Origin: Candidatus Poribacteria bacterium
GTDB taxonomy: Bacteria; Poribacteria; WGA-4E; WGA-3G
Length of the DNA stretch: 64,000 bases
Reading direction: 5' to 3'
Assembly (NCBI GenBank): GCA_012270795.1
Contig: JAAXHO010000056.1
Span: forward strand, 18,486-82,485
Below the pieces are notes generated by a model that did not search any database, was not told where the DNA came from, and saw only the letters and a list, made by a program, of their open reading frames with translations. Shown piece after piece: positions 40,557 through 51,387 of the stretch. Within the stretch, counting starts at the first letter, position 1. Each line of letters begins with the position of its first letter. A program made the position numbers and the translations under genes.

Positions 40557-42761
40557 ATGAAAAAAACGCTTTTGTATACTTTTGCAATTCTTGTTATTGT
40601 CTCTATCATTGTAGTACTAATTATCAGAACAATACAAGAAGCACCAGAAATTGAGATCAGTTATAATCAATACCCACAGTGGCACCTACCAGATGGTGCA
40701 AAATTACGATTGGGTAAAGGAGCAATCAATAAGATCGCATTTTCACATGATAACAACATTTTAGCAGTGGCAACCACAATCGGACTATGGCTTTATGATG
40801 GACAGAGTGGCAAAGAACTCGCATTGTTGATGCCATATATTTCTGTCAACACAATCGCATTCAGTCCTGATGGGAAAACCCTGGCAAGTGGAGGCAATGA
40901 CAAATTAGTTAGACTATGGAATATACCTGAAGGCACATATAAGCAAACGTTCATCGGTCACAAGAGCGAAATCCATAAAATTATGTTTAGTTCTGATGGG
41001 AAAACTCTCGCAAGTGCCTGTGGATGGGGTGAGATCAATCTATGGGATATAACAAATAGCACACAAAAAAAATTTAGAGGTCTCAGTAATCGCTTTGGAT
41101 GGCAGTGGCCTTATAATCCCAACTTTGCATTCAATGGTGAAAAAATAGTCATCGCAAATGTCTACGGAAAAGAAAATACTATTGAACTCACTTATCTGGA
41201 TCCTGAAGATCCAAATATTTTTCTCTCTGATCAGGATACTGAGGATCAGAAAACGATAGTTGACGTTTATTTTCCAGAAGTAAGGGAAACGACTTTCAGC
41301 CCAGATGGAAAAATTTTTGCGTATAAGAGTAAAAACAAAACTATCAACTTAAGAAATATTGATACAGTGGAACTGAAGAAAGAGATCAATTTTGAAAAAA
41401 ATAACACACCAATATATGGTGTATATAGTATAAAGTTCAACCCAAATGGCAAAACACTCATTACTGCGAATATAATAGAAAATACACTGAGTCTGTGGGA
41501 TGTGGAAACAGGACAGGAAAAGAAAACGATCTTTTGCTATCCACATAAACCGCTAAACGTATCTATTAGTCCAGATGGCAAATCACTCGCGAGCTGGGGT
41601 AGTGGAGCGTCCTTTTATTTATGGGATGTGGAAACAGGAAAACATAAACAAAGAATAACTGGACACCCATATTGGTCTTATTTCGCATCATTGAGCACAG
41701 ATGGACAAACTATTGCAAGCATAGATAGTTGGGGTAGTCGTAATAACAGCTTCTATATGAATAATATTTCAACAGGAAAACAGATAAAGATATACAATGG
41801 ACATAGAGGTGTGATTAGAGATACTGAATTTAACCCAGATGGAACTATACTTGCAACCTGCAGTGAAGATGATATTATCCGTATGTGGGATGTCACTACA
41901 GGCAAAAAATTGAAAACAATCAGATCAAAAAAAGAAATCAAATTTAATCTGGCATTCAGTCCAGATGGAAAAACACTGGCAGTAGCAAGCAGAAATGAGG
42001 AGGAAATATATCTATGGAATGCCAACTCGGGGAGACGCAAGAAAACCCTAACCAGTGTCATAAATGATGCTCAGAAACTGTTCTTCAGTCCAGATGGAAA
42101 ACACCTTGTCAGTATATCCTATAAAAATGATTTCTACGTGGGGAACGTGTCAACAGGTAAGCAGATTAAAATGTTTTCAAAACAACTAAAAAATGTATCA
42201 AATGCGGTATTTAGTCCGGACGGAACCACCTTGGCGATAACTTTCGAACGTGATTATAAAAACATGCATTCAGATGATCCAAAAAGGTCACATCAAATAG
42301 AGTTGTGGAACGTTCCTGATGCTACAAAGCAACACACTTTTATTGGGCACACAAATGATGTTACAAATGCCATTTTCAGCCCTGATGGAAAAACACTTGC
42401 AACTGGGAGCAAAGACAAAACGGTACATTTATGGGATGTCACCACGGGGCAACAAAAACATATTCTCCGAGATCGGTCTTGGATTCTTATAGGTGAAAGA
42501 CTTCTCGGTGCAGAGCACATCAAAATATTCTCTTTCAGTCCAGATGGAAAAATAATCGCACATGGGATTCATCGTGGACCTATCTACTTATGGGATACCG
42601 AAACGGGAGAACAAAAGAAGATACTCAAAGGACATACAAAATGGGTAAAAGACATTTCATTTAGTGCAGATGGACGTACCCTTACAAGTATGAGTGCCGA
42701 TGGCACAGTCCTTGTGTGGGACATTGCTTCTATACTTAGTCCTACAGACGAAGGGAAGTAA
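40557..42761 (+). CDS. WD40-repeat protein 4
   Basis: QWHLPDGAKLRLGKG, WD repeats. Confidence 0.92.
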   Translation: MKKTLLYTFAILVIVSIIVVLIIRTIQEAPEIEISYNQYPQWHLPDGAKLRLGKGAINKIAFSHDNNILAVATTIGLWLYDGQSGKELALLMPYISVNTIAFSPDGKTLASGGNDKLVRLWNIPEGTYKQTFIGHKSEIHKIMFSSDGKTLASACGWGEINLWDITNSTQKKFRGLSNRFGWQWPYNPNFAFNGEKIVIANVYGKENTIELTYLDPEDPNIFLSDQDTEDQKTIVDVYFPEVRETTFSPDGKIFAYKSKNKTINLRNIDTVELKKEINFEKNNTPIYGVYSIKFNPNGKTLITANIIENTLSLWDVETGQEKKTIFCYPHKPLNVSISPDGKSLASWGSGASFYLWDVETGKHKQRITGHPYWSYFASLSTDGQTIASIDSWGSRNNSFYMNNISTGKQIKIYNGHRGVIRDTEFNPDGTILATCSEDDIIRMWDVTTGKKLKTIRSKKEIKFNLAFSPDGKTLAVASRNEEEIYLWNANSGRRKKTLTSVINDAQKLFFSPDGKHLVSISYKNDFYVGNVSTGKQIKMFSKQLKNVSNAVFSPDGTTLAITFERDYKNMHSDDPKRSHQIELWNVPDATKQHTFIGHTNDVTNAIFSPDGKTLATGSKDKTVHLWDVTTGQQKHILRDRSWILIGERLLGAEHIKIFSFSPDGKIIAHGIHRGPIYLWDTETGEQKKILKGHTKWVKDISFSADGRTLTSMSADGTVLVWDIASILSPTDEGK

Positions 42762-42817
42762 TAGGCAGGAAATGTATCTGAAATGGAATAATCAAAAGGA
42801 GATTATCAAATGAAAAA

Positions 42818-45061
42818 ATGGATTATGAAAAAAATAGGCAAATTTATATTACTGTATTCATTGCTCTTTTCTCTATTATTATTTTAATGCAAATTTCCCG
42901 CACAATACAAGAAGCACCCGAAATTGAGATCAGTTATAATCAATACCCACAGTGGCACCTACCAGATGGTGCAAAATTGCGATTGGGTAAAGGAGCAATC
43001 AATAAGATCGCATTTTCACATGATAACACCACGTTAGCAGTGGCAACCACAATCGGACTATGGCTCTATGATGGACAGAGTGGTAAAGAACTTGCATTGT
43101 TGATGCCACATATTTCTGTCAACACAATCGCATTCAGTCCTGATGGTAAAACCCTGGCAAGTGGAGGCGATGACAAATTAGTTAGACTATGGAATATGCC
43201 TGAAGGCACACATAGACAAACGCTCATCGGTCACAGATATAGAATTTTTAATGTTGTATTCAGTGCTGATGGAAAAACACTCGCAAGTACCAGCACCCGC
43301 GAAACCAATCTATGGGATATAACAACAAACACACACAAGCAAGCCTTTCATAGATTTCACTTTGATAGAGAAGAATACATTGCATTTAATCATGCACAAG
43401 TCATCGTCACTGATGTTAATAGAAATGCTAATACTGTTGAAATAGAATATCTGGGTAATGAAAACCAGAATATAACATTTGATGCCAATCTGCCAGTAAC
43501 ATGGACAATGACTTTCAGTTCGGATGGAAAAGTTCTTGCGTACGAAATTGAAGAAAATAAAGGAAGAAAAACCTATAGGAAAGAAGACCATTCTATCATC
43601 TTAAGGAATGTTGATACAGGGGAACTGGTGCAAAAATTCAAAAATACATCCGAGTATGTTGTTGAAAGTATGACGTTCAGTGCAAATGGCAAAACACTCA
43701 TTACTGCGGATCTGATAAAAAGCACACTGACTCTGTGGGATGTGGAAACAGGACAGGAAAAGAAAACGATCTCTTGCGATCCACATAGACCGCGTTTCGT
43801 ATCCATCAGTCCGGATGGGAAATCGCTCGTGAGTTGGAGTGACGCAGCGTCCTTCTACCTATGGGATATTTCAACAGGAACGTCTAAGCAAGTAATCACA
43901 GAACATCTTTCTTGTCCGCATTTCCCACAATCATCCTTAAGTGCCGATGGAAAAATCCTTGTCAGCAGTGATGGGTTAATTCTTAGAGATAACTTCTATC
44001 TAAGTGATATAACAACAGGAAAACAGATAAAAATATATGATGGACATTCAAGTCTGATTAGAGATGCTGAATTAAACCCTGATGGAACTATACTTGCAAC
44101 ATGCAGTGAAGACAAAACTATCGGTTTCTGGGATGTCACTACGGGCAAAAAATTGAAAACAATCAGAACAAAAGAAGGATACTTTACAAATCTGGCATTC
44201 AGTCCAGATGGAAAAATACTCGCAGGAGCCAGCGAAAATAAGGAAATATATCTATGGAATGCCGACTCGGGGAGACGTAAGAAAACCCTAACCGGACTCA
44301 TAGATGATACCCATAGACTGTACTTCAGTCTGGATCTGTTTTTCAGTCCTGATGGAAAACACCTTTCCTGTGTGAGTAATAAGGGTGTTTTCTACGTGTG
44401 GGATGTGTCAACTGGTAAACAAAATGAAATATTCTCAGAACAACTAAAAAATGTATCAAATGCGGCATTCAGTCCGGACGGATCCACTTTGGCGATAACT
44501 TTCAAACATGATTATAAAAACACGCATTCAGGTGAACCCAAAAAATCCCATCATATAGAGTTGTGGAACGTTCCTGATGCTACAAAGCAACACACTTTTA
44601 TTGGACACACAAATGATGTTACAAATGCCATTTTCAGTCCTGATGGAAAAACACTTGCAACTGGCAGCGAAGACAAAACTATACGCTTGTGGGATGTCAA
44701 CACGGGACAACAAAAACATATTCTCCGAGATCAGTCTTGGATTCTTAGAGATCAGTCTTGGATTCTTAGAGATCAGTCTTGGATTCTTAGAGGTGAAAGG
44801 CATTCCGCTGATAAACACTTCCAAACGTTGTCTTTCAGTCCAGATGGAAAAATTCTCGCAAATGGGATTAATCATGGACCTATCTATTTATGGAATACTG
44901 AAACGGGAGAACAAAAGAAGATACTCCAAGGACATACCAAATGTATAAAGGACATTTCATTTAGTACAGATGGGGGTACGCTGACAAGTATGAATGGCGA
45001 TGGTACGGTCCTTGTATGGGACATTGCATCTATACTTAGTCCTACAAACAAATCAGATTAG
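42818..45061 (+). CDS. WD40-repeat protein 5, recent paralogue of protein 4
   Basis: Near-identical 5' block to 40557; the RBS-positioned ATG at 42810 is out of frame (A7 run). Confidence 0.9.
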   Translation: MDYEKNRQIYITVFIALFSIIILMQISRTIQEAPEIEISYNQYPQWHLPDGAKLRLGKGAINKIAFSHDNTTLAVATTIGLWLYDGQSGKELALLMPHISVNTIAFSPDGKTLASGGDDKLVRLWNMPEGTHRQTLIGHRYRIFNVVFSADGKTLASTSTRETNLWDITTNTHKQAFHRFHFDREEYIAFNHAQVIVTDVNRNANTVEIEYLGNENQNITFDANLPVTWTMTFSSDGKVLAYEIEENKGRKTYRKEDHSIILRNVDTGELVQKFKNTSEYVVESMTFSANGKTLITADLIKSTLTLWDVETGQEKKTISCDPHRPRFVSISPDGKSLVSWSDAASFYLWDISTGTSKQVITEHLSCPHFPQSSLSADGKILVSSDGLILRDNFYLSDITTGKQIKIYDGHSSLIRDAELNPDGTILATCSEDKTIGFWDVTTGKKLKTIRTKEGYFTNLAFSPDGKILAGASENKEIYLWNADSGRRKKTLTGLIDDTHRLYFSLDLFFSPDGKHLSCVSNKGVFYVWDVSTGKQNEIFSEQLKNVSNAAFSPDGSTLAITFKHDYKNTHSGEPKKSHHIELWNVPDATKQHTFIGHTNDVTNAIFSPDGKTLATGSEDKTIRLWDVNTGQQKHILRDQSWILRDQSWILRDQSWILRGERHSADKHFQTLSFSPDGKILANGINHGPIYLWNTETGEQKKILQGHTKCIKDISFSTDGGTLTSMNGDGTVLVWDIASILSPTNKSD
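44727..44789 (+). repeat. In-frame 21 bp x3 tandem repeat
   Basis: GAGATCAGTCTTGGATTCTTA x3, encoding (ILRDQSW)3. Confidence 0.95.
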
Positions 45062-45100
45062 ATAGTAGGATTATTTAATTGGCAGAAAGGATGTTTTCAG

Positions 45101-47200
45101 ATGAAAAAGACACTGTTTTTTACCCTTTTAGTCATCGCAATAACCTCAATTATTGTGGTACTTACTATTGTTCCAAGGCAGGATCAACCTGAACCTGAAA
45201 CATTTATCCCTGAAAACCCGCAATGGCATTTGCCAGATGGTGTAAAAGCTCGCATCGGTAAAGGGGTTGTAAAAATGATGCAGTATTCCCCTGATGGCAA
45301 TGTTTTAGCTGTTGTTAGTTCCATTGGTATATGGCTGTACGATGCACATAGTGGTGAGACAAAATCATTCCTTCCGGTACATTCAACACAGATAACTGGT
45401 ATAGCATTCACGCCAGATAGTCAAACCCTTGCGAGTGGGAATAGAGAAGGCTCTATCCAGTTGTGGGATGTCCCCACTGGTACCTACAAGCAATCCTTCA
45501 TTAAAGAGCGGATGTGGTCAATTAGTAGTCTTGCATTCATTGACAATGGACAAACGTTAGTCAGTGCGGCAGACTTTCATACTTTGGGTTTTTGGGATGT
45601 TACGACAGGTAAACTTGAGAAATCTCTCACCCAAGGCTATTCACGCGATAATACTGTGTTCAGCACAGATGGTAAGACACTTGCAAGCGGAAGTTATGGA
45701 AGGATTATCAGACTATGGGATGTTCAATCGGGGGAACAAAGGAAATCCGTCATTGAACATGAAAATATTGTTTCAAGTTTCTTATTTAGTCCTGATGGAA
45801 AAACACTTGTAACTGTGGTTTCTGATAGTAGTATCCACTTATGGGATGTTGCAACACTCAAACACAAACACACAATTCGAGAAGATTGGAATTGGGATTC
45901 TAAACCTGCGTTTAGTCCGGATGGAACAATCCTCGCGCATCCGAACAAAGACAATACTGTCCGTTTCTGGGATGTTGCCACAGGCACGCTTAAGCAAACA
46001 ATCACAGGACATACATCCCCGGTCAAGATAGTAGCATTTAGTCCGGATGGAAAAACTTTAGCGAGTTGGAGTAAACACGGGCCGCTCCATCTATGGGATG
46101 TTGCTACAGGCAAACAAAAGCATACAATCTCGGGACATACGACCGAATTTACCACAGTTTTGCTCAGTTCAGATGGAAAAACTTTAGCAATTCAAAAAGG
46201 TAAGGAAGATAAAACAATTCATCTTTGGAACGCGACAACAGGCGAGTATAAGAAAACACTTATAGGACATAAGAAAGAGATTAGAGATGCATCATTTAAT
46301 CCAGATGGAACAATTCTCGCGACTGCAAGTGCAGATAAAACCATTCGTCTTTGGAATGTTGCAACGGGTGAACACAAGAAAACGGTTAAAGGACATAGAA
46401 AACTTGCCTCTACGCTTGCGCTCAATCCGGATGGGGGGACGCTCGCGAGTATGAGTGGAGAAGGTATTATTTGTTTATGGGATGTAGACACAGGTAAACG
46501 TAAAAAAGTGCTCAAGGCATACACTGGAGGTCTTTATAAAACTGCATTTAGTCCGGATGGAAAGACACTTGTTAGTCAAAATTGGAATGGTACTTTTCAA
46601 TTATGGGATGTTGCTACTGGCAAGCAGAAAAAAACAGGTATTATATCTGGTGCTGAGACTATACATAACGACTTAACCAAACTTAGTCCAGATTTTCAGA
46701 CGGTGGCAACTGTACTGCCTAAGCTTAAAGGAATACCACGCCCATATATTCAGATTGGCTTATGGGATGTTGCGACAGGAGAACAGGAGCATACTCTTAT
46801 TGGGCATACTGATAGTATTTTATCCATTTCTTTCAGTCCAGATGGTAGCAGACTGGCAAGCAGCGCGAATGAAACAACTGTCCGAATGTGGGATGTAACA
46901 ACTGGTGAACAGAAACAAACATTCGCACTTCAAGATTTACCAAACCCAAGAAATACTGTTGGAGATGTCGCTTTCAGTCCGGATGGTAGTATCCTTGTAT
47001 GTAGTATGTGGGAAGGGCCTATCTATTTATGGGATGCGTTCACAACAGAACGAAAGAAAATACTCATAGGACATGCTAAGCAGATAGTTAGTATGTCATT
47101 TAGTGCAGACAATCGGACCTTCGCAAGTGAAAGTAAAGACGGCACAGTCCTTGTATGGGATATTTCATCAATATCAGAAACAACAGACGATACACCCTAA
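45101..47200 (+). CDS. WD40-repeat protein 6
   Basis: QWHLPDGVKARIGKG, WD repeats. Confidence 0.92.
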   Translation: MKKTLFFTLLVIAITSIIVVLTIVPRQDQPEPETFIPENPQWHLPDGVKARIGKGVVKMMQYSPDGNVLAVVSSIGIWLYDAHSGETKSFLPVHSTQITGIAFTPDSQTLASGNREGSIQLWDVPTGTYKQSFIKERMWSISSLAFIDNGQTLVSAADFHTLGFWDVTTGKLEKSLTQGYSRDNTVFSTDGKTLASGSYGRIIRLWDVQSGEQRKSVIEHENIVSSFLFSPDGKTLVTVVSDSSIHLWDVATLKHKHTIREDWNWDSKPAFSPDGTILAHPNKDNTVRFWDVATGTLKQTITGHTSPVKIVAFSPDGKTLASWSKHGPLHLWDVATGKQKHTISGHTTEFTTVLLSSDGKTLAIQKGKEDKTIHLWNATTGEYKKTLIGHKKEIRDASFNPDGTILATASADKTIRLWNVATGEHKKTVKGHRKLASTLALNPDGGTLASMSGEGIICLWDVDTGKRKKVLKAYTGGLYKTAFSPDGKTLVSQNWNGTFQLWDVATGKQKKTGIISGAETIHNDLTKLSPDFQTVATVLPKLKGIPRPYIQIGLWDVATGEQEHTLIGHTDSILSISFSPDGSRLASSANETTVRMWDVTTGEQKQTFALQDLPNPRNTVGDVAFSPDGSILVCSMWEGPIYLWDAFTTERKKILIGHAKQIVSMSFSADNRTFASESKDGTVLVWDISSISETTDDTP

Positions 47201-47403
47201 TACCGTATGTCATACACAACCGCACAAACCATGAAAACTACGTAATCCGCTATCAGAGCAACACAACTTTTTCCGCTTATATGTATCACTTAAACCACAA
47301 TATTTTATTGACGGAGGAGAAGACAGAATGTTATACTATATAAAAGACGTAGCTATAAGGTTTATAATGACTTTTGTTTTAAGAAGTTTACCGGATAGGA
47401 ATC

Positions 47404-47586
47404 ATGGGACCAGGTATAATGGAACTATTGCTGGCAATACCCCTCTACGTTGTAGCTGTAACTACCATGGCATTAGGAGTTGCATTGGGAATCAGATGGG
47501 GTTTGAAGTGGATGTTAAAAGATATTTCAAGAGATCCGGAAATTGAAGAATGTCTTAAAAGGATTTTCAAACAGTCTGAAAAATAG
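47404..47586 (+). CDS. Small single-pass membrane protein
   Basis: AGGA RBS, one hydrophobic helix and a charged tail. Confidence 0.5.
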   Translation: MGPGIMELLLAIPLYVVAVTTMALGVALGIRWGLKWMLKDISRDPEIEECLKRIFKQSEK

Positions 47587-47644
47587 GAACAAAACGATTT
47601 CATTTTTATATGGTAGCATGCATTTATATGTGTTGTTAGTCATT

Positions 47645-47686
47645 ATAATGGCATTTAGAATTAAAATAATGGCATTTAGAATTAAA
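47645..47686 (+). repeat. 21 bp x2 tandem duplication
   Basis: ATAATGGCATTTAGAATTAAA repeated upstream of the Rpn gene. Confidence 0.75.
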
Positions 47687-47737
47687 AGACATTTTTGCAG
47701 GGTTATTTAGTTTTAAGAATTTTCAATAAGGAGCAAA

Positions 47738-48643
47738 ATGGCAAGTTTTGACACTACCTCTAAAAAACAGATTGAAACAAACCCTCAAGACTTTGTCCAC
47801 CTCTGTTTCGGATTTGAAGCAACGAACATCACAGTGCTGGAGATCATTACCCCAGAACAACCTACCGTTGAAATGCATCAGGCGGATTCACTCATCAAAG
47901 CGGTGTACAACGGTAAAGAGGTACTTGTGCATTTTGAATTTCAAACTACCGATAGTTATGATCCGGAGATGTCCCTTCGGATGGCTGATTATATCATAAG
48001 GGCGATTGAAGCATATCGTTTGCCGGTTTATTCTAATGTGATTTACCTACGCCCAGATGCTGGCAAAAACGATCCAGGAAGATATGCACAAAATATTGAA
48101 CATTATAATATCTCAATTGAATATCAAGTCTTTCGACTGATTGATCTTGATGGACAAAAGGTCCTTGACTCGAGGTTTATAGGATTGGTCCCCTTTACAC
48201 CGCTGATGGGACACAAAACGGATATAGATGCTGCCCAATGGCTTCGGCGTTGTGTTCAAGTTGCTGATAGCATTGATGTACCGAACAAGGCAGCATATCT
48301 CGGAAACCTTGCTATTTTGGGAAATATAGTTTATGATTCACAAACAATTTTGGATATTATATCGGAGGAAACCATGCAACACCCACCCATTGCTGAATAC
48401 GTAGCACCACAAGCGCACGAAAAAGGATTCCAAAAAGGCATTGAACAAGGCATCCAAGAAGGCACGCGCAAACACATCCTTGAGATTCTAACTCTTCAAT
48501 TTGGAGATAACACCGCACAGAATTTTAAGGCATCCATAGAGTCAATAGATGACTTGCAGCGGCTTGAGGTGTTATTTCGTGCTGCGCTCCAGGCAAAACA
48601 CGAAGACGATTTCAGGCAAACTATAAATGAAACCCGTGAATAA
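47738..48643 (+). CDS. Rpn family recombination-promoting nuclease/putative transposase
   Basis: DSLIK..VLVHFEFQT (PD-(D/E)XK), MSLRMADYIIR, C-terminal GIEQGIQEG. Confidence 0.8.
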   Translation: MASFDTTSKKQIETNPQDFVHLCFGFEATNITVLEIITPEQPTVEMHQADSLIKAVYNGKEVLVHFEFQTTDSYDPEMSLRMADYIIRAIEAYRLPVYSNVIYLRPDAGKNDPGRYAQNIEHYNISIEYQVFRLIDLDGQKVLDSRFIGLVPFTPLMGHKTDIDAAQWLRRCVQVADSIDVPNKAAYLGNLAILGNIVYDSQTILDIISEETMQHPPIAEYVAPQAHEKGFQKGIEQGIQEGTRKHILEILTLQFGDNTAQNFKASIESIDDLQRLEVLFRAALQAKHEDDFRQTINETRE

Positions 48644-48734
48644 TACCGAATTAACGCAACTTGTCCAGCCAGGAACTTGTACCTTATCCTGTTGAGTAGG
48701 CAATGTCCCGCTAATTCTAAACTTTACTATAATA

Positions 48735-49628
48735 ATGTCAGAAAAACAGCGAAATCAAGAAGAACTCTTCATTGAACTACTGGAAAAAGCAGATGACCTG
48801 TTAAACCGATGGCAAACACCATCGATTCAATCAGCAGAGCAAGTCCTTGATGATTATATCGCCTTTCGGTGGCGACCCCAAAATGGAATAGGACAGATCG
48901 TCCCTGTCAAGCATCCGTATCTTGTTGATACAACAGATTTAATCGGAATCGACACACAAATCAAGGCACTGGATAGGAACACGCGTCAGTTCTTGCATAA
49001 AGCACCTGCAAACCATGCGCTCTTGTGGGGAGACCGTGGCACAGGAAAATCTTCCCTTGTCAAAGCAATGCTGAACCGATACGCTGACGAAGGACTACGA
49101 CTCATAAGCATTGAAAAAGAGGGATTGGCATATCTCCATGAGATCACAGAAATATTATGGGAACGCCCGGAAAGGTACCTGCTTTTCTGTGATGACCTCG
49201 CTTTTAACGAAGACGAACCTGAATATCGTGAACTGAAAGCGATGTTAGAAGGGGGAATCGCCGCACAACCAGAGAACGTGCTTATTTATGCAACGTCAAA
49301 CCGCCGCCATCTGATGCCACGACTGGTAAATGAAAACAGATTTCCACAAAACGATGAAGATGAACTCTATCCACGTGAGGCAACTGAGGAGAAAGTTTCG
49401 CTAAGTGACCGTTTTGGATTACGTATCGCGTTTTATCGGATTACGCAGAAAACATATTTACAGATTGTTTCCCATTACGCACAAAAACAGGGGATCTCTG
49501 TGCCAACCGAGGAATTGCATCGTGCAGCGTTAGAATGGGAAGCTACCGCCAGTGGGCGTTCCGGACGAGTCGCATTTCAGTTCGTCGCAGACCTCACAGG
49601 AAAAATCGCACTGAAGGATATTGAATAG
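48735..49628 (+). CDS. DUF815 family AAA+ ATPase
   Basis: ANHALLWGDRGTGKSSLVK, FCDDLAF, YATSNRRHL, SLSDRFG, RSGRVA. Confidence 0.9.
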   Translation: MSEKQRNQEELFIELLEKADDLLNRWQTPSIQSAEQVLDDYIAFRWRPQNGIGQIVPVKHPYLVDTTDLIGIDTQIKALDRNTRQFLHKAPANHALLWGDRGTGKSSLVKAMLNRYADEGLRLISIEKEGLAYLHEITEILWERPERYLLFCDDLAFNEDEPEYRELKAMLEGGIAAQPENVLIYATSNRRHLMPRLVNENRFPQNDEDELYPREATEEKVSLSDRFGLRIAFYRITQKTYLQIVSHYAQKQGISVPTEELHRAALEWEATASGRSGRVAFQFVADLTGKIALKDIE

Positions 49629-49675
49629 TTGAAATCTTAATACACCGAATTCTATGCAATCAGGAAAACAAATCT

Positions 49676-50452
49676 ATGAGTGACCTACAGACACAGCAAT
49701 ACCTCTTTGACGTACAAGGTTATTTAGTTGTTGAAAACGTATTAGATTCAGAAGAAGTAGTTGAACTCAATGAACGAATTGATGAACAAAACCTCCCTAC
49801 ACCCGGAAAGGTGCAAAGATTTGGAAGTGCCCCTGATGGACCTGGCTTTTTGCAATGGGGAAAATCATTTTGTTCACTGCTTGATCACCCAAAAATCATG
49901 GATATTCTACGTTTCCGATTAGGAGATTGTTTTCGCCTTGACCGTATTTACGGCATGTATATGAACAACGGAATGCAAAGAGGTGGACTGCATGCAGATT
50001 ACGGCGCATCATCACCGACATCAAAAGCAAAACCCGGTGAGTATTACCCTTTCCGAGATAACGAAATACACAACGGATTTGTCGTCGTAACATGGAACCT
50101 CGCGGATACAGGACCAGAACACGGAGGATTTTGCTGTATACCGGGTAGCCACAAAAGTAATTACAAACTACCGCAGGAGATAGCTGCCGATCCCGAAAAA
50201 GCATCATGCGTCATCATCCCAAACGCACCAACAGGCTCCGCTATACTATTCAGTGAAGCACTCACGCACGGAACTGCCGCATGGAACGGAAAACATCAGA
50301 GACGCTCACTATTATACAAATACTGTGTTTCACACATGGCGTGGACTTCAAGACGTGTCGCACTACCAAAGAATATAGAATTAACTGAACGACAAAAAAT
50401 ACTGTTCCGCGAACCAGCGGACCCACACAGGCACTTTCCATCACTCTTTTGA
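49676..50452 (+). CDS. Phytanoyl-CoA dioxygenase (PhyH) family 2OG-Fe(II) oxygenase
   Basis: HAD, GFCCIPGSHK, EALTHG, RRSLLYKY. Confidence 0.88.
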   Translation: MSDLQTQQYLFDVQGYLVVENVLDSEEVVELNERIDEQNLPTPGKVQRFGSAPDGPGFLQWGKSFCSLLDHPKIMDILRFRLGDCFRLDRIYGMYMNNGMQRGGLHADYGASSPTSKAKPGEYYPFRDNEIHNGFVVVTWNLADTGPEHGGFCCIPGSHKSNYKLPQEIAADPEKASCVIIPNAPTGSAILFSEALTHGTAAWNGKHQRRSLLYKYCVSHMAWTSRRVALPKNIELTERQKILFREPADPHRHFPSLF

Positions 50453-50593
50453 AACTGAATTGTTAAATTGGCAACGGCTTTCTCATTACAAAACCGTTGC
50501 TTATCTTGAAGATGAAAAAACGTATATCCAAATACAATATAAATCGGTGGACAATCTTGAATTGTCCCTTAACTAAATAAAATGGAGGTATTT

Positions 50594-51229
50594 ATGAATA
50601 CTCGTATAATGGTCTGTTTAACTGCCATATTTTTATTAGGCAGCTTAATTCTCATACAAACCACAAACGCTGCCCTAAAAAAGGGCACATTGCGTGTGAG
50701 CGGTGATAATCAATGGGTAGTTTTCATCAACGGTGAAGAGGTAGCAAGAAATACTGACTGGCAGATACCAACTGCTACCGATTTCACACTTGATAACGGT
50801 TTTGCACTTATTGCAGTCTATGTTCATGACAATGAAGCTGGGAATACTGGAAGAGGTGGATTCCTTGCTGATATTATCCTTGACGATAAACCAAACTATA
50901 TTGGTACTGGTGAGGAAGGATGGAAATGTGATACTGGTCAACTCCTTTCACAACGGAATGATGGTTGGGAAAAAATCAATTTCGATGATAGTGATTGGGA
51001 AACTGACCTTGAAATTATGGATAAATTTGGTGCAGGTATCTGGGGAGGTGGCACAAATAAAATGCAACAAGTTCTTAATAATCCAGATTGCACTGCAAAT
51101 TGGGTCTGGTGTGGTCCAAATGATGGAGAAGATGATATCTATTTCCGTTATACTATCGGTCAATACCCAGTTGAACCAAAAGGCAAACTCACAACTTCGT
51201 GGGCAAGCATCAAAAGTAATATTCAATAA
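50594..51229 (+). CDS. Secreted lectin-like (CBM67-like) protein with C-terminal VEPKGKLTTSW motif
   Basis: Signal peptide, SGDNQWVVFING, FDDSDW, GGAGG RBS. Confidence 0.75.
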   Translation: MNTRIMVCLTAIFLLGSLILIQTTNAALKKGTLRVSGDNQWVVFINGEEVARNTDWQIPTATDFTLDNGFALIAVYVHDNEAGNTGRGGFLADIILDDKPNYIGTGEEGWKCDTGQLLSQRNDGWEKINFDDSDWETDLEIMDKFGAGIWGGGTNKMQQVLNNPDCTANWVWCGPNDGEDDIYFRYTIGQYPVEPKGKLTTSWASIKSNIQ

Positions 51230-51387
51230 TTTTCTATGTAACTTAATTTAACACCTATGTAGCACAATCTGTTAGGTTGTGCATCTTAGTACACAAACTG
51301 GCAGTTTGTGCTACAAAAACTTGAGTTATGAGTAGGGAATGTAACCTAACTACAATACCTATTAATTCTATAAAAAAGGAGAATCAC

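Noticed and set aside
35603-46524. Many 60-140 aa antisense or alternate-frame ORFs over the WD40 genes
   Set aside because: They are shadows of repetitive WD40 codon patterns with no independent signals.
33794-47200. Diversity-generating retroelement acting on the WD40 genes
   Set aside because: No reverse transcriptase in the window, and I saw no adenine-only mismatch pattern between the duplicated blocks.
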